A DNA stretch of 64,000 nucleotides. It comes from Octopus vulgaris (Eukaryota). The notes beneath the pieces are model-generated. The model was not told the origin of the DNA. It ran no database searches and saw only the letters and a program-made list of their open reading frames with translations. Below, piece by piece: positions 41,665 to 54,446 of this stretch (positions are counted from its first letter, which is position 1; every line of letters starts with the position of its first letter). The position numbers and the translations under genes were made by a program. The DNA lies in NCBI GenBank assembly GCA_951406725.2, contig OX597829.1, forward strand, positions 50,840,001 through 50,904,000, given 5' to 3'.

Positions 41665-41864
41665 ATGTGTGTGTGTATAAAGCCCCCCCCACCCTCCACC
41701 CCATCGACTGCTGCTCTCAAGAATATCATATGGTGTTAGTTTAAGAGACATACTTTCTCTTCAGCTGCTCCTCCACCACCACCACCACCACCACCACCAC
41801 CAAACACGCCTCACCCATCTCCCACAGCCCCTTTCTGAATCCATTAACCCAGTTTAACCCTCCA

Positions 41865-42284
41865 TAAACAACAACGACGACAACAACAACAACAACAACA
41901 ACAACAGTAACAAGAATAACAAGACCAATAACAAAAATTATGTGTGAAAATGTTGTGTGAATTTGTAACATCATCATCATCAGCAGCAGCAGCAGCAACA
42001 ACACCTCTCTTATTAGCAGCAGCCCTATGATGATGATGATCATCATCATCATCATCGTCATCATCGTCATCATTATCATCATCATCATTGCCACCATCAT
42101 CATTGTCATCGTCGTTATCATCATCATTACCATCATTATCATCATCATCATCATCATCATTGCCACCATCATCATTGTCATCGTCGTCATCATCATCATC
42201 ATTACCATCATTATCATCATCATCATCATCATCATTGCCACCATCATCATCATCACCATCATCATAGTTGTACTCAAGGTCATT

Positions 42285-42316
<32 letters not shown>

Positions 42317-42365
42317 TTTTCTCAACAACCCTTCCATGTTCCACTTCCACCATCACCATCACCCT
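41865..42365. repeat. Compound (CAA)/(CAG)/(CAT)n tract with higher-order periodicity
   Basis: ATTGCCACCATCATC recurs at about 72-78 bp spacing. Confidence 0.85.
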
Positions 42366-42829
42366 AACCCTAACCACAATCGGAAGAAGGGTGGTGAGGG
42401 TTAGGATGCAGAGGAAGAACACCCTCCTCTGCCTCCTCCTCCTCCTCTACTCCCTCTAGCTCCCTTTTTTTTTCTTTGGTGCCTGTGATGAGGCCCTGTT
42501 GCAACAAACCTTATTTCTTTCCTCTCACCCCACTTCATAGACTGTCACCACCATCACCCCCACCACTTCTACCAGAAACAACAACATCCCCATCTTCAAC
42601 ACCACCGATTACAAGGTTATACCCAACTACTCTTGCCTACAAAAACATTCTCACCATCAACATTTCTCCAACATCACTACCATCATCATCATCATCGCTT
42701 ACACAATTTTAAAGAGTCAATGTGACAAATTCTCTGACATGGCCCAAGAAATAGCAGCCAAAATCTCTCTCAAATCACACTCAACTATTGTATGTATATG
42801 AATATATACATAGAGAGAAATATGTATAC

Positions 42830-42864
<35 letters not shown>

Positions 42865-42892
42865 TATGTTTGTATACACACACACACAAATA

Positions 42893-43095
42893 TGAGGGTG
42901 TGCTGAAAAGTTCGTTACTTTTGGTAAAAGAAAATAGAGGAAGATCAGTTAATTATGATTTTATTAAACATATTCCCCTCTCAGATTCACACACTTATTG
43001 CAGCAGCCCTTCAGTTTTTCTAAGCTCTGTAAAAGAACTCAGAAGGATGGGCTTCCAACCAGGATTTTTGCCAGGAACTTTTCAACATCCCTTCA
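42893..43095 (-). mobile_element. Mariner-derived MITE
   Basis: TIRs TGAGGGTGTGCTGAAAAGTTC / GAACTTTTCAACATCCCTTCA. Sister copy at 44027-44251. Confidence 0.8.
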
Positions 43096-43101
43096 TGCGT
43101 A

Positions 43102-43150
<49 letters not shown>

Positions 43151-43155
<5 letters not shown>

Positions 43156-43441
43156 AGGGACATTAGCCAACTGAATATGGCTAGGGACAGGGCAGGGTGG
43201 TGGGGGTGTCACTGTTGCATTTAGCCCCAGGCGAACATCAACGTCACCAGATAGGCCGACACCATCACGGCGTCCTCTATCTTGCAAAGGGAGATCATTC
43301 CCCAAGAAAAGATAGAGGACGCCGTGATGGCGTCGGCCTATCTGGTGACGTTGATGTTCGCCTGTGGCTAAATGCAACAGTGACACCCCCACCACCCTGC
43401 CCTGTCCCTAGCCATATTCAGTTGGCTAATGTCCCTTATGT
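43151..43441. mobile_element. Fold-back element / MITE with 133-bp arms
   Basis: Arms 43151-43283 and 43309-43441 differ at two positions by eye. GC-rich, with CpGs preserved. Confidence 0.85.
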
Positions 43442-43718
43442 TATGGAGCAGTCACTGTCTATATCTCATTTAGAGAATTATTATTGCTATATATATATAC
43501 ATATATATATATTGAAGTAGATAAATGAATTACCTTATTACGGACAATTCAAATGATAACTGATACCTGGGTAGCAAAAATCACAACAGAAAAAGCACGG
43601 TTGAGGTTACGACCATGGGGCCTAAAATCCGTGCCTTAGTGCGGAAATTTGAAGTTTTATATATTTAGTGTAGGAAGAAATGGAGCTGAACGAAGATTTA
43701 ACAAAATTCCTTTTTATT

Positions 43719-43804
43719 ATTTTCTACATATGTTTCAAAGGCTGCAAAGTCCCTAATCCGGATTGAATAAGGAGTCCATTTTGCAGCCTTCTCTTCAGGA
43801 AAAT
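43719..43804 (-). ncRNA. Type-I hammerhead ribozyme motif, intact core
   Basis: ATTTTC-CTGAAGA-GAAGGCTGCAAA...TTTGCAGCCTTT-GAA-ACATATGT-A-GAAAAT. Overlaps inverted repeat 43662-43743 / 43870-43951. Confidence 0.88.
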
Positions 43805-43948
43805 CCAGGAACTTAATTTTCCAACAAAATGCACAGCAAGCTTTTCGACAAACACTTACGAGGAGCCCAAGCCTTTGAAACATATGTAGAAAATAATAAA
43901 AAGGAATTTTGTTAAATCTTCGTTCAGCTCCATTTCTTCCTACACTAA

Positions 43949-44006
<58 letters not shown>

Positions 44007-44026
44007 AGTATATACACACACATACA

Positions 44027-44251
44027 CGAGGGGAGTGGGGGTGCTGGAAAGTTCCTGGCTTTGGGTAAAAGAAAATAGAGGAGGATCAGTTAATGATGAT
44101 TTTATTCAACATCCTCCCTTTCTCAGATTTACAAACTTTTTGCAGTGGTTCTTCAGTTTTTCTAAGCCCTGGAAAAGAACTCAGAAGGTTGGGTCTCTAA
44201 CCAGACCTTTCTGGATACCCTTAAAGCCAGGAACTTTTCAGCACCTCCTTG
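44027..44251 (-). mobile_element. Mariner-derived MITE
   Basis: TIRs ...GTGCTGGAAAGTTCCTGGC / GCCAGGAACTTTTCAGCACC, followed by TA. Confidence 0.8.
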
Positions 44252-44464
44252 TATATATATACACTAGCTGGTGGCCCTATGCCATCAAAAAAGACAGCTA
44301 ATTGTAGTATTTCACATATAAATACGAATGGTAATTCAAATTAATGCACTTGTCAACGTTATCTAGTGGTTGTCTTTTGAGCTGTGACATTGAACATCAT
44401 TTGTTACTGAAAGAATGCTGGATCACACTCATAAACATTCACATACTTCAATTGTACACGTACA

Positions 44465-44751
44465 CACATATACTTACACAGAGTTGAAATGCTGTTTGAT
44501 TTTTCTTTTCAGCATTCAATATTCACCATCCCATTTCCATTGCACACATGCACATGCACACACATTCACATACCTCCCTTTTACACACACACACATATAT
44601 ACTTATACAGAGTTGAAATGCTGTTTGATTTTTCTTTTCAGCATTCAATATTCACCATCCCATTTCCATTGCACACACACACATGCACACACATTCACAT
44701 ACCTCCCTTTTACACACACACACATATATACTTATACAGAGTTGAAATGCT
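44465..44751. repeat. 129-bp tandem duplication (about 2.2 copies)
   Basis: GAGTTGAAATGC at 44481, 44610 and 44739. Confidence 0.9.
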
Positions 44752-44919
44752 CCCACTACCAGTTTGCCATCACCCCTTCCTTCCTTATTCACCTATCACC
44801 CATTCTTTCCCTATTCATCTATCACTCCTTCCTTTCTCATCCCTATATTGTGACAAGAAAAACACAAGAGTATTATTACAGTAGATCGTTTCAGTCATTA
44901 GACTGTGGCCCATGCTGGA

Positions 44920-45087
44920 GCCTGGAATCTTCCAAACAGTTGCATGGCATGTCACTTACTTGAATTTGCCTTTCATTTACTCCACAAATGTCTTGTTGTC
45001 AATGCTGCACTTCCCCATATCACATTTCAACCTAACTGTACCATATACGCCATTTAAATCCAGAGCAACACCAGGTATCTCTACTAG
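44920..45087 (+). mobile_element. Helitron 3' end
   Basis: CCAGAGCAACACCAGG...CTAG|T, homologous to 40558-40710. Confidence 0.65.
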
Positions 45088-45112
45088 TATATATACACAG
45101 AATATACAAAGA

Positions 45113-45151
<39 letters not shown>

Positions 45152-45333
45152 ATATATATATTGTAATATTATTATAAATAATAATGATAGTAAGGAATAT
45201 AATTCCAAACTTACAGGGAAAAATTCAATTTAGCAATTCTAAATCAAATTTCACAATATATAATATATGTATATAATTAAGAGAAATAACTTCTATTAAG
45301 CAATTCAATAGTGAAAGACATTATCCATATTAA

Positions 45334-45554
45334 CCCTTTCGTTACCAACCCAGCCAAAACCGGCTCTGGCTCTGTAGTACAAATGTCTTGTTTTCATAAG
45401 TTTTGCATCAAAATATACCACCAAACCTTAGTCACAATTTATGTTCCTAACACTAGCTTAATGATAACTAAGTTATTTTACTAAATTCTTTGTTATATTT
45501 AAAATAATTGAAAGAAACACAGAGCATCTCAAAATAAACACCGTAACGAAAGGG
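45334..45554. mobile_element. piggyBac-type MITE
   Basis: TTAA TSDs. TIRs CCCTTTCGTTAC / GTAACGAAAGGG. Inverted sister copy at 61491-61712. Confidence 0.92.
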
Positions 45555-46277
45555 TTAAATAGGAAAAATTTTAATATACTATAATAAATATTATTCAAAA
45601 AATTAATAAATTAAATAAACATTAAATAGACATCAAATTGACTACATGCATTTTGTGACTATCTTTAAATCAATAATAATAAAATCGATACTATTAAAAT
45701 TAATTTGGTTTAAAAATACAGCCACTCTTCAGGTTTAAAATAATAAAATAAATGTATTTTATCTAACAAATAAACGTATTGTAACAATAAATAATCGAAT
45801 AAAATTTAACAATATTAATGAAAAATAAAATCATAACTTATCTTATTGAATAACACTAGTTAACTAAAATTTTAACTTAGAACCTAACATTTCTAAGAAA
45901 TTTATCACATGAAAACATGACGTAAATAATAACTATAGAATAAATAGATAGAAAAATGTATTTTATCTTTGAAAATAATATGTATTTTAGCTGTGAAAAT
46001 AAGAAGTAAACTAGATGTAATATACCATTTACTGGAAAATTCGAAATACTCAATAATTTAAAACTAAAATACATAAAATACATAAAATACATAAAATAAA
46101 CTAAATTTCTATAACTTAATTTATATTCATCAATTTAATTATTTATTTTATAAACACCTTGGTTTAATCTTATTCTAATTATATAATATACACTACTGCT
46201 AAATTATACTCATTATACTACTACAAATTATAACTACAAAAATTAGTGACATAAATCAGGGTTTATATGTACACAAA

Positions 46278-46494
46278 TTAGCTAAACTTATTATATAAGT
46301 AATTTAACTTATGCCTACATTTAATTTTTCGTTCATCTTGGAAAATTAATTTTTTTATTATTAGATAGTAATATCTCCATAAATTCATTTGTACATAGTA
46401 AGCAAAAATTATTACCTATTCGATAAGATTTAGCTTTACAAACTATCTCCCAATTTAAATTATACTTATTTCCTTTAGATTTCAATTTCCATTT
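46278..46494 (-). pseudogene. Penelope-like element GIY-YIG endonuclease C-terminal remnant
   Basis: KWKLKSKGNKYNLNWEIVCKAKSYRIGNNFCLLCTNEFMEILLSNNKKINF, a frameshift, then QDERKIKCRHKLNYLYNKFS*. Matches the W.LK...W.I...A..Y...C.LC..E...I...N...CRH pattern of Penelope endonuclease C-termini. Confidence 0.75.
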
Positions 46495-46636
46495 ATTTAA
46501 TTTATTTATTTTTTTAAATAATTTTTATCATAGTATATTTAAATTTTTTCTATTTAATATGGATAATAATCTCACTATTGAATTGCTTAATAGAAGTTAT
46601 TTCTCTTAATTAAATACATATATCATATATATTTAT

Positions 46637-47420
46637 TTAGCTGTGAATAAGCTGAATAACAATAATTCTCCAGGGTCTGATAGAATCTGTGCAGAGGTCT
46701 TGAAACATGGAGAAGACAAAATGTTTGAACTCTTAAATATATTAATTAATTTATCACTTTTGGAGAATTGAGGAAGTGCCTCAAGACTGGACTGATGCCA
46801 TTTTAGTCTCCTTGTATAAATTGGGGCTAAAGGATCTGTGTGGTAATTTTAAAGTGGGATTTCACTTTTGTCTGTGGTTGGAAAGGTACTTGTTCACATT
46901 CTGTTAGAACATTTAAATACTTTCACAGTTCCAAATATAGTATCTGAGTCTCAATGGGTTTTGCTCCTCCATGAGTACAGCTGATTGTATTTTTACTATC
47001 AGACAATTTCAGGAAAAGTGCACTGAACAGAATCTTGCCCTATACCGTTGTTTTGTTGATTTAAGCAAGGTATTTGATACTGTTAATCAAAATTCTCCGT
47101 GGCTAATTCTAAGGAAAATAGGTTGTCCAGAAAAAATTGTAAACATGATTAGATATGAAGACTAGAGTTAATTTCTGGATCTTTTGCCATGGAAAATGAA
47201 GTAAAGCAAGGAGACCTTGATGCACCCACCCTCTTTGCAATATACTTTGCTGTTGTGCTGTCACATGCTTTTCAGAACTCTGAGGAGGGTATTTACATAA
47301 AATATCTAACAACAGGGAATGTTTTTAATCTGACCAGACGGAAATTCAAAACAAAGGTTTTTACTTCACTCATTAGGGAACACTTCTACACTTACGATTA
47401 TGATCGAGTAGTTACTCTCA
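46637..47420 (+). pseudogene. RTE/BovB-type reverse transcriptase fragment
   Basis: SPGSDRICAEVLKHG, VPQDWTDA, STADCIFTIRQFQEKC...FVDLSKVFDTV, VKQGDLDAPTLFAIYF. Confidence 0.9.
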
Positions 47421-47464
47421 AAAATTTACTTTTATATATGTATGTATATATATATGTATGTATG

Positions 47465-47508
<44 letters not shown>

Positions 47509-47514
47509 CATACA

Positions 47515-47821
47515 GCATCCGACTCGTGGCCGATGCCAGGGCCGCCTCGACTGGCTTCCGTGCCGGTGGCACGTAAAATACACCAATCCGACTGTGGCCG
47601 TGGCCGTTGCCAGCCTCGCCTGGCACCTGTGCAGGTGGCACGTAAAAAGCACCCACTACACTCACGGAGTGGTTGGCGTTAGGAAGGGCATCCAGCTGTA
47701 GAAACATTGCCAGATAAGACTGGAGCCTGGTGCAGCCTTCTGGCTTCCCAGACCCCAGTTGAACCGTCCAACCCATGCTAGCATGGAGAACGGACGTTAA
47801 ACGATGATGATGATGATGATG

Positions 47822-47822
<1 letters not shown>
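47515..47822 (+). mobile_element. RTE 3' UTR fragment (family C), young copy
   Basis: CpG-rich family C copy with (GAT)n tail. Confidence 0.8.
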
Positions 47823-47855
<33 letters not shown>

Positions 47856-48886
47856 ATGTATCTGTGTGTGTGTGCGCGTGCGCAACAGGCTTCTTTCAGT
47901 TTCCATCAACCAAATCCACTCAGAAGGCTTTGCTCAGTAGAAGACACTTGCCCAAGGTTGGATACAATGTGTCTGAACTTGGAGCCATATAAATGGGAAG
48001 CAAACCTTTTACCACATAGCCAGGCAGACAGACAGATAGGTAGGCATGCAGACATACAGACACATACATACATACATATCCAAATTATCACTGAAACTGT
48101 AAAACTTTGCAGAAGTTTATCATTTAAATATATATTAGCATGTCTAGATATGCAACTATATGCATGAGAATACATACAAAGTAGAACATACAAATTTGCA
48201 TGCACACACACACACACACACACACATACATACATGCATACAAAAATATCCTGTTGTTCATGTTGAAATTCCAATGAATCTATAGAATCTATAGAAATTG
48301 GCTCTTTCTCTATTGGCAAGAAATCTTGAAATAACACTAAATGAGGACATGCATATATACATACATACATACATAAATACATACATACATACATACATAC
48401 ATACATACATAGACAAGTCCTTGAATCTAGGTTAGAAACCGGCTCTTCCTCTAATGGCAAGAAATCTTGAAATAAAACTGAACAATGACATACATACATA
48501 CATACATACATACATACATACATACATAGACAAGTAGAGTAGATGGTTAGATAGCTATATAATCAATAGATAGACAGATAGACTCTACAGACACAAAGAC
48601 AGATTAACACATTTATATATAGAGAGAGAGAAAGAGAGAGAGAAACAGGTAGACTAGATACACACACACTCACATACAACCATACATGCACACGCATACA
48701 TACATACCTGATTTTCTCAAAACTTCCATGCTTTCTGAGATTCGCCAACACTACACCTGATTTTCTCCCCTCCATACATACACAAGCATGTAGCTGACTC
48801 ATGCATTGTTTGCTTTCCAAACACTTGTACATTACTGCACATACTCTGACAAGTTGTGGTGCACCTGAGCACTGTATACAATAATT

Positions 48887-48921
<35 letters not shown>

Positions 48922-48996
48922 CAGACAGTTAGAGAGAGACTAGCTTGATAAATAGACAGACTATGTAGATAGATAGGTAGATAGACTATATAGACC

Positions 48997-49311
48997 ATAG
49001 GTTCTCAAAGTGAGTGCTTCTGCCCCCTGGTGGGAATTGAGAGGGTCCAGAAGGGAGCTGGTGTCTAAAGGGGCAGTAAAGAAAAGAGAGGCATTAGGAG
49101 AAAGACAGTGGATTGGAGGACGCTTATGAATTTATAATATCATTATAGTACTGTATACAAATTATATAATATTAAATATCAAATGATTCATAGTTTACAT
49201 AAATTTGTAAAATATGAAATATTTATTTATACAAAAAAATGGGGCTGGGGGCACAGAGGGTATTATGTGGCTATGAGGTGGGCAGTGGCCCCAAAAATTT
49301 GATAACCTTTG
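48997..49311. mobile_element. Old hAT/Charlie-type MITE
   Basis: Degenerate TIRs CATAGGTTCTCAAA / TTTGATAACCTTTG. Confidence 0.5.
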
Positions 49312-49843
49312 AGATAGACAGGTAGAAGATATTGATATAGATACAACAGTGATTAGCGTATTTTGCATTAAAATCTACTGGAAAGTATTAAGAACAAATA
49401 TCCTAATCCTTATTTTCAGAATTCTCTGTAAAAATAATGATTTTTTTTTTTTTTTTTGGTTAGCAGATATAAGCACTGATTAGCAAACAGCTTATTCACT
49501 GAAATCCTAACAGTCAGTGGCTTGTTTAGGCTCAAAGATAAGGATGCTACTTCAGATTGATGAAATGCTGGAACACTTGTGTCTCAGAGTCTTTTGCACC
49601 AATGAGCCAAGTGTATTGAAATTCTGTTGTTATAAAAGAGAAAGAGAGAGAGGTTATTCTCCTATGACACATACTACAGCGACTAGCATATTTGTGCATC
49701 TGAACCTACCTGGATGCATTAAAGATCCATATGCAAATCATCAATATATATATATAAGCAGTGATCAGCTCAATGCCTAATATTTTGGGGGAATTAATTT
49801 CCTTAAAATGGTAGGTATATATATATATATATATAAGCATATA

Positions 49844-50069
49844 CTCTTTACTCTTTTACTTGTTTCAGTCATTTTGACTGCAACCATGCTGGAGCACAGC
49901 CTTTAGTCGAGCAAATCGACCCCGCGACTTATTCTTTTGTAAGCCCAGTGCTTATTCTATCGGTCTCTTTTGCCGAACCGCTAAGTGACGGGGACGTAAA
50001 CACACCAGCATCGGTTGTCAAGCAATGCTAGGGGGACAAACACAGACACACAAACACAGACACACACAC

Positions 50070-50110
<41 letters not shown>

Positions 50111-50270
50111 TACGACAGGCTTCTTTCAGTTTCCGTCTACCAAATCCACTCACACGGCATTGGTCGACCCGGGGCTATAGTAGTAGACACTTGCCCAAGA
50201 TGCCACGCAGTGGGACTGAACCCAGAACCATGTGGTTGGTTAGCAAGCTACTTACCACACAGCCACTCCT
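49844..50270 (-). mobile_element. SINE family A
   Basis: Reverse complement of 798-1212. Confidence 0.85.
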
Positions 50271-50541
50271 AGTTTATATTCATACAAAAGAAGAAAAGAA
50301 AATGGAAATTGGGAAGTTTTTATTACTATCAATTAATTAATCATCTTCCCTTACAGCTGTTTCAATTAATACTCTGTAAATATTAAGTAAATATTAAATT
50401 TATATGATCTGAGCATTATAACTTCGGAGGGAAAAAAATATACCCTTGGATGTTTTATATGTGTTTATGGATTCATAATAGCAGTCTGCTATTATGAATC
50501 CATAAACAAGCATATAAAACATTTAAGAATATATTTTTTTG

Positions 50542-50629
50542 TTCACTCTGAAGAGATTATGTTCAGATCATATAAATTTAATATTTACTTAATATTTACA
50601 GAGTATTAATTGAAACAGCTGTAAGGGAA
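50542..50629 (+). ncRNA. Type-I hammerhead ribozyme motif inside palindrome 50289-50696
   Basis: TTCACT-CTGAAGA-GATTA...TAATT-GAA-ACAGCTGT-A-AGGGAA. The palindrome centre is at 50485. Confidence 0.75.
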
Positions 50630-50912
50630 GATGATTAATTTATTGATAATAATAAACAATTTTTAACTTCCCAATCTCCATTTTCTTTTTCTTCTTATAT
50701 ATAAAAATATTATTTATATTGTGTTAGAAAGAATATCCAATCATAGAAACCTCGCCAAGCCAGACATCGATGACCAATGCAGATATTGCAAACCAACACA
50801 CCCTCCAGGTTTGTCAGATCCTGTTTAACTCTCCAACACATGTTAGCATGGATTACGCATGTTTAATGACATATCATCATCATTGTCATTTAACATCCAT
50901 CTTTCATGCATG

Positions 50913-51063
<151 letters not shown>

Positions 51064-52639
51064 ATATCATCATCATCATCATCATCATTATTTAGCTTCC
51101 GCTTTCCATGCTAGCATGGGTTGGACGCTTCAACTGGGGTCTGTGAAGCCAGAAGGCTGCATCAGGCCCAGTCTGATCTGGCAGTGTATATATATATATA
51201 TACCTGTAAATTTCAAATAATTAAAATAAGAGCTCAACATTGCATTGGTGGATAAAATTTCTTTATTTGTGTTTTAATTCTACCATTGGTTTCATGTCAA
51301 GAAAAATATTGTAGTATCTTTGCAATTTTTCAAGTCAATCAAATAGAGGAATTGTGTTCATCTCCATACATACACTCATGCATGCACACTCACACACATA
51401 TATATACGCATATATGTACATATGTGTGTGTGTGTGAAAATATATGAATGTTATTTCACTTCTTATTCTTGGGCATCTGATCCCTCTTTTGCTGTTCTTG
51501 GAGATATTTAAAGGATAGGGTGTTTATAATATATAGTGTTGTCTACAATTTATAGATGCACTCTGTAGCACACTTGCTATTCTGAGCATAGTGGTGGAAA
51601 TATTATCACTTTCTGATAATATAACTGGCTACATTGTACTCTCAAGGACATACAGAATGTAAAAAGCATCCCGTATCTAAATCAAGAGTTGAAGGTTTGG
51701 AACAGGAACAAAAGCAATGCCTATTACCTTTTATAGGACATCTGTGACTGGAGGGGACAAAAGAATGGAGGGTGAGAGTTACTTATTTGTGCTTGTGGCA
51801 GCATTTGCCCAGGGGGGTGGTCAAGCCACCACCAACTCCTCATATGTAGAGTTTCAGTAGAAATACCACCATTGCAGAGGATTCACTGACCAAGTCATGG
51901 CTGATTATCAAAGCAGACACAGCCTGGGTCTGAAGTGGGTTCTAGAGACATGCTTTAACAAGAGCTAAGGGATGCCTCTCTCCCAGTAGTCTTCCAGCAC
52001 ACCAGACACCAACCCAGAATTTCTGAAACTTGTACTATTTCTAGATAGTCGTTGAACCTAAACAAGGTTCATATGTCCATTTGACAGGCCTTGTTTTTAG
52101 TTCTGCTGGGTTTCTAGCAACCCACCTCACCAGGCAAGCCTAGAATGGATACCGGCTTAATTGCTGATGACCCAACAGATTGTACCGGATTCCATGTTAA
52201 CAGAAGCCCTTTTATGAGAGATCCCACAAGTAACCTGACATGCAAGGGAAGGGAGTGAGTTATTGTTGAGCGAAAGACCTGGTCTGAATGCTTGTAAAGG
52301 AAAGGATTCTGCCAAAAGGCGCTCGTGGGGTGCCATGTGTCAATGTTAAACCAAGCAACAGATTAAAATCTACCATCTATGTAGGCCATGGCAGATTTGA
52401 ACTCAGAATGCAAAATTGAATCAAACATTGTTAACACTCTACCAACTTGGCTAATTCACTAAATATGAAATTTTGATGATATTCCAACAGAGGATCTAAA
52501 CTAGTTCAACTGATTTCTTCTTTTGTTGTTCAAGAAGATAAAGTTGTATATAACATCTATGCTGGCTACACTCTGTAGCTGTACCCTGTCACACAGGATA
52601 ATATACAAATAGAGTATCAGTCAAGTACAATGGGCCAGC

Positions 52640-53643
52640 TTAAACTTTTGACATTCAGATTACTTGCTCTAATGTAATGCTTATCTTATTTACATTGTTT
52701 TGGATTAATCATGCATTATCTCATAGTTTTGAGATATCATTGAGGTGATTGTTTATTTATAGAACAACATTTTAGGCTAAGTGTGAGAGGCCAGATGCAG
52801 TCAATTATAACATGAAACAAGTCAAATATTTGAACCAGATATAACTGTTTCAAGTGCTAAAGGGTTAAAGAATACATTAGATGTGCTGTCTTGAAATAAA
52901 CCATGAGATTATTATTTCTGCATTAATCTTTTAGCATTCAGAATACCATAAATCCTCGAGTATAATCCACATTTTCCCCCCAAAATTTAAAGCTCAAAAT
53001 CCCAAGTGCGTACTATATACGAGGTTAAAAATGAAAATTATTTTCTAAGCAATGTCCGAGTTTCTATTTGCTGTCTATATTTGTGATGTCGGGTGCAAAA
53101 ATACCTTAAGCTAAGCCTGAAAGCAATGAAGTCTTAAAAGAATCATCCATAACTTGCAGTAAGCAACATTTATTAAACGTTATTACTATTATTTCTTTAT
53201 TTTCTGCAAACAAAATGCACAAAAATGCTACACGTTTGCATTATGTTATATATATATACAATAATAATAAAGGACGTTACCATATACATTTTTACAAACC
53301 AAGGACGTTATATAGACCTCCTTGACTCAAGTTAGAGAAGGAGTGCATATTATACACAAGGTTTAAGTTTTTCAGAGGTACAGGCCCCTAAAAATCCCCT
53401 GCATATTATACTCAAGGGCAGACTATACTTGAGGATTTACAGTACTCTGTCAAATATAATACTTAGTTATCCACATCATTACGGAATTAATCAAGTATTA
53501 TCTAATAGCTTTGAGATTTCAATGATGTGATTAATTAGTTTTAGAGTGACATTGCAGGCTAGGTGTGAGAGTCAGATCTGGCTGATGTGAACATAGAACA
53601 GGTAAAATATTTGGGCCAGATATGGCCGGATTAAATGGGTTAA
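52640..53643 (+). mobile_element. Two old piggyBac-type MITEs, the second interrupted
   Basis: TTAA...GCTAAAGGGTTAA ends. Same family as 7430-7926. Confidence 0.6.
52946..53442. mobile_element. Tc1/mariner-superfamily (pogo/Tc2-like) MITE
   Basis: TA TSD. TIRs CCATAAATCCTCGAGTATA / TATACTTGAGGATTTACAG. Confidence 0.8.
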
Positions 53644-53988
53644 ATAACAATATTCTTCCCACCAAATCTTTGGTCTTGTGAAAGTTATTAACCATTTCAT
53701 TACCAAATTCATAATTTTAATTGATTTTGAAAATAATGAGGAATTTATTAGAATTACTATCTTTATTAAGCTGATATTTAAAGCATAAATTAACATAAAA
53801 CTTTGATGTAAGGTATTTTATAATTTAGATTACCTTTAATTTAGGAAGATTGAATCAAGGAGCCAAGAGGCAGTCTTTGATAGATTGGTATCAAAAGGGT
53901 GAATCAATAAATGTAATTTAATTTTGTATTTCTTTTATACTTTTTCCCTGCTGTATTTCATTTCTAATTTTAATGTTAAAGTACATTA

Positions 53989-53998
53989 CTGTTGCTGC

Positions 53999-54054
<56 letters not shown>

Positions 54055-54130
54055 TTGCTGCTGCTGCTGTTGCTGCTGCTGCTGTTGCTGCTGCTGCTGT
54101 TGCTGCTGCCGCTGTTGCTGCTGCTGCTGT

Positions 54131-54168
<38 letters not shown>

Positions 54169-54446
54169 CTGCTGTCGCTGTTGCTGCTGCTGCTGCTGTT
54201 GCTGCTGCCGCTGTTGCTGCTGCCGCTGTTGCTGCTGCCGCTGTTGCTGCTGCTGCTGTTGCTGCTGCTGCCGCTGTTGCTGCTGCCGCTGTTGCTGCTG
54301 CTGCTGTTGCTGCTGCTGCTGTTGCTGCTGCTGCTGTTGCTGCTGCTGCTGTTGCTGCTGCTGCTGTTGCTGCTGCTGCTGTTGCTGCTGCCGCTGTTGC
54401 TGCTGCCGCTGTTGCTGCTGCCGCTGTTGCTGCTGCTGCTGTTGTT
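53989..54446. repeat. (CTG/CAG)n tract with 15-bp higher-order unit GTT(GCT)4
   Basis: Direct inspection. Confidence 0.95.

Noticed and set aside
47625-47705. Possible twister-like ribozyme in family C
   Set aside because: The GGTCCCAAGCCC-type core and pseudoknots could not be found.
51276-51353. GAAACCAATGGTA-GAATT half-hammerhead on the minus strand with matching AATTC
   Set aside because: The CUGANGA half is missing.
52160-52210. CTGATGA motif
   Set aside because: No downstream GAAAC or stems.
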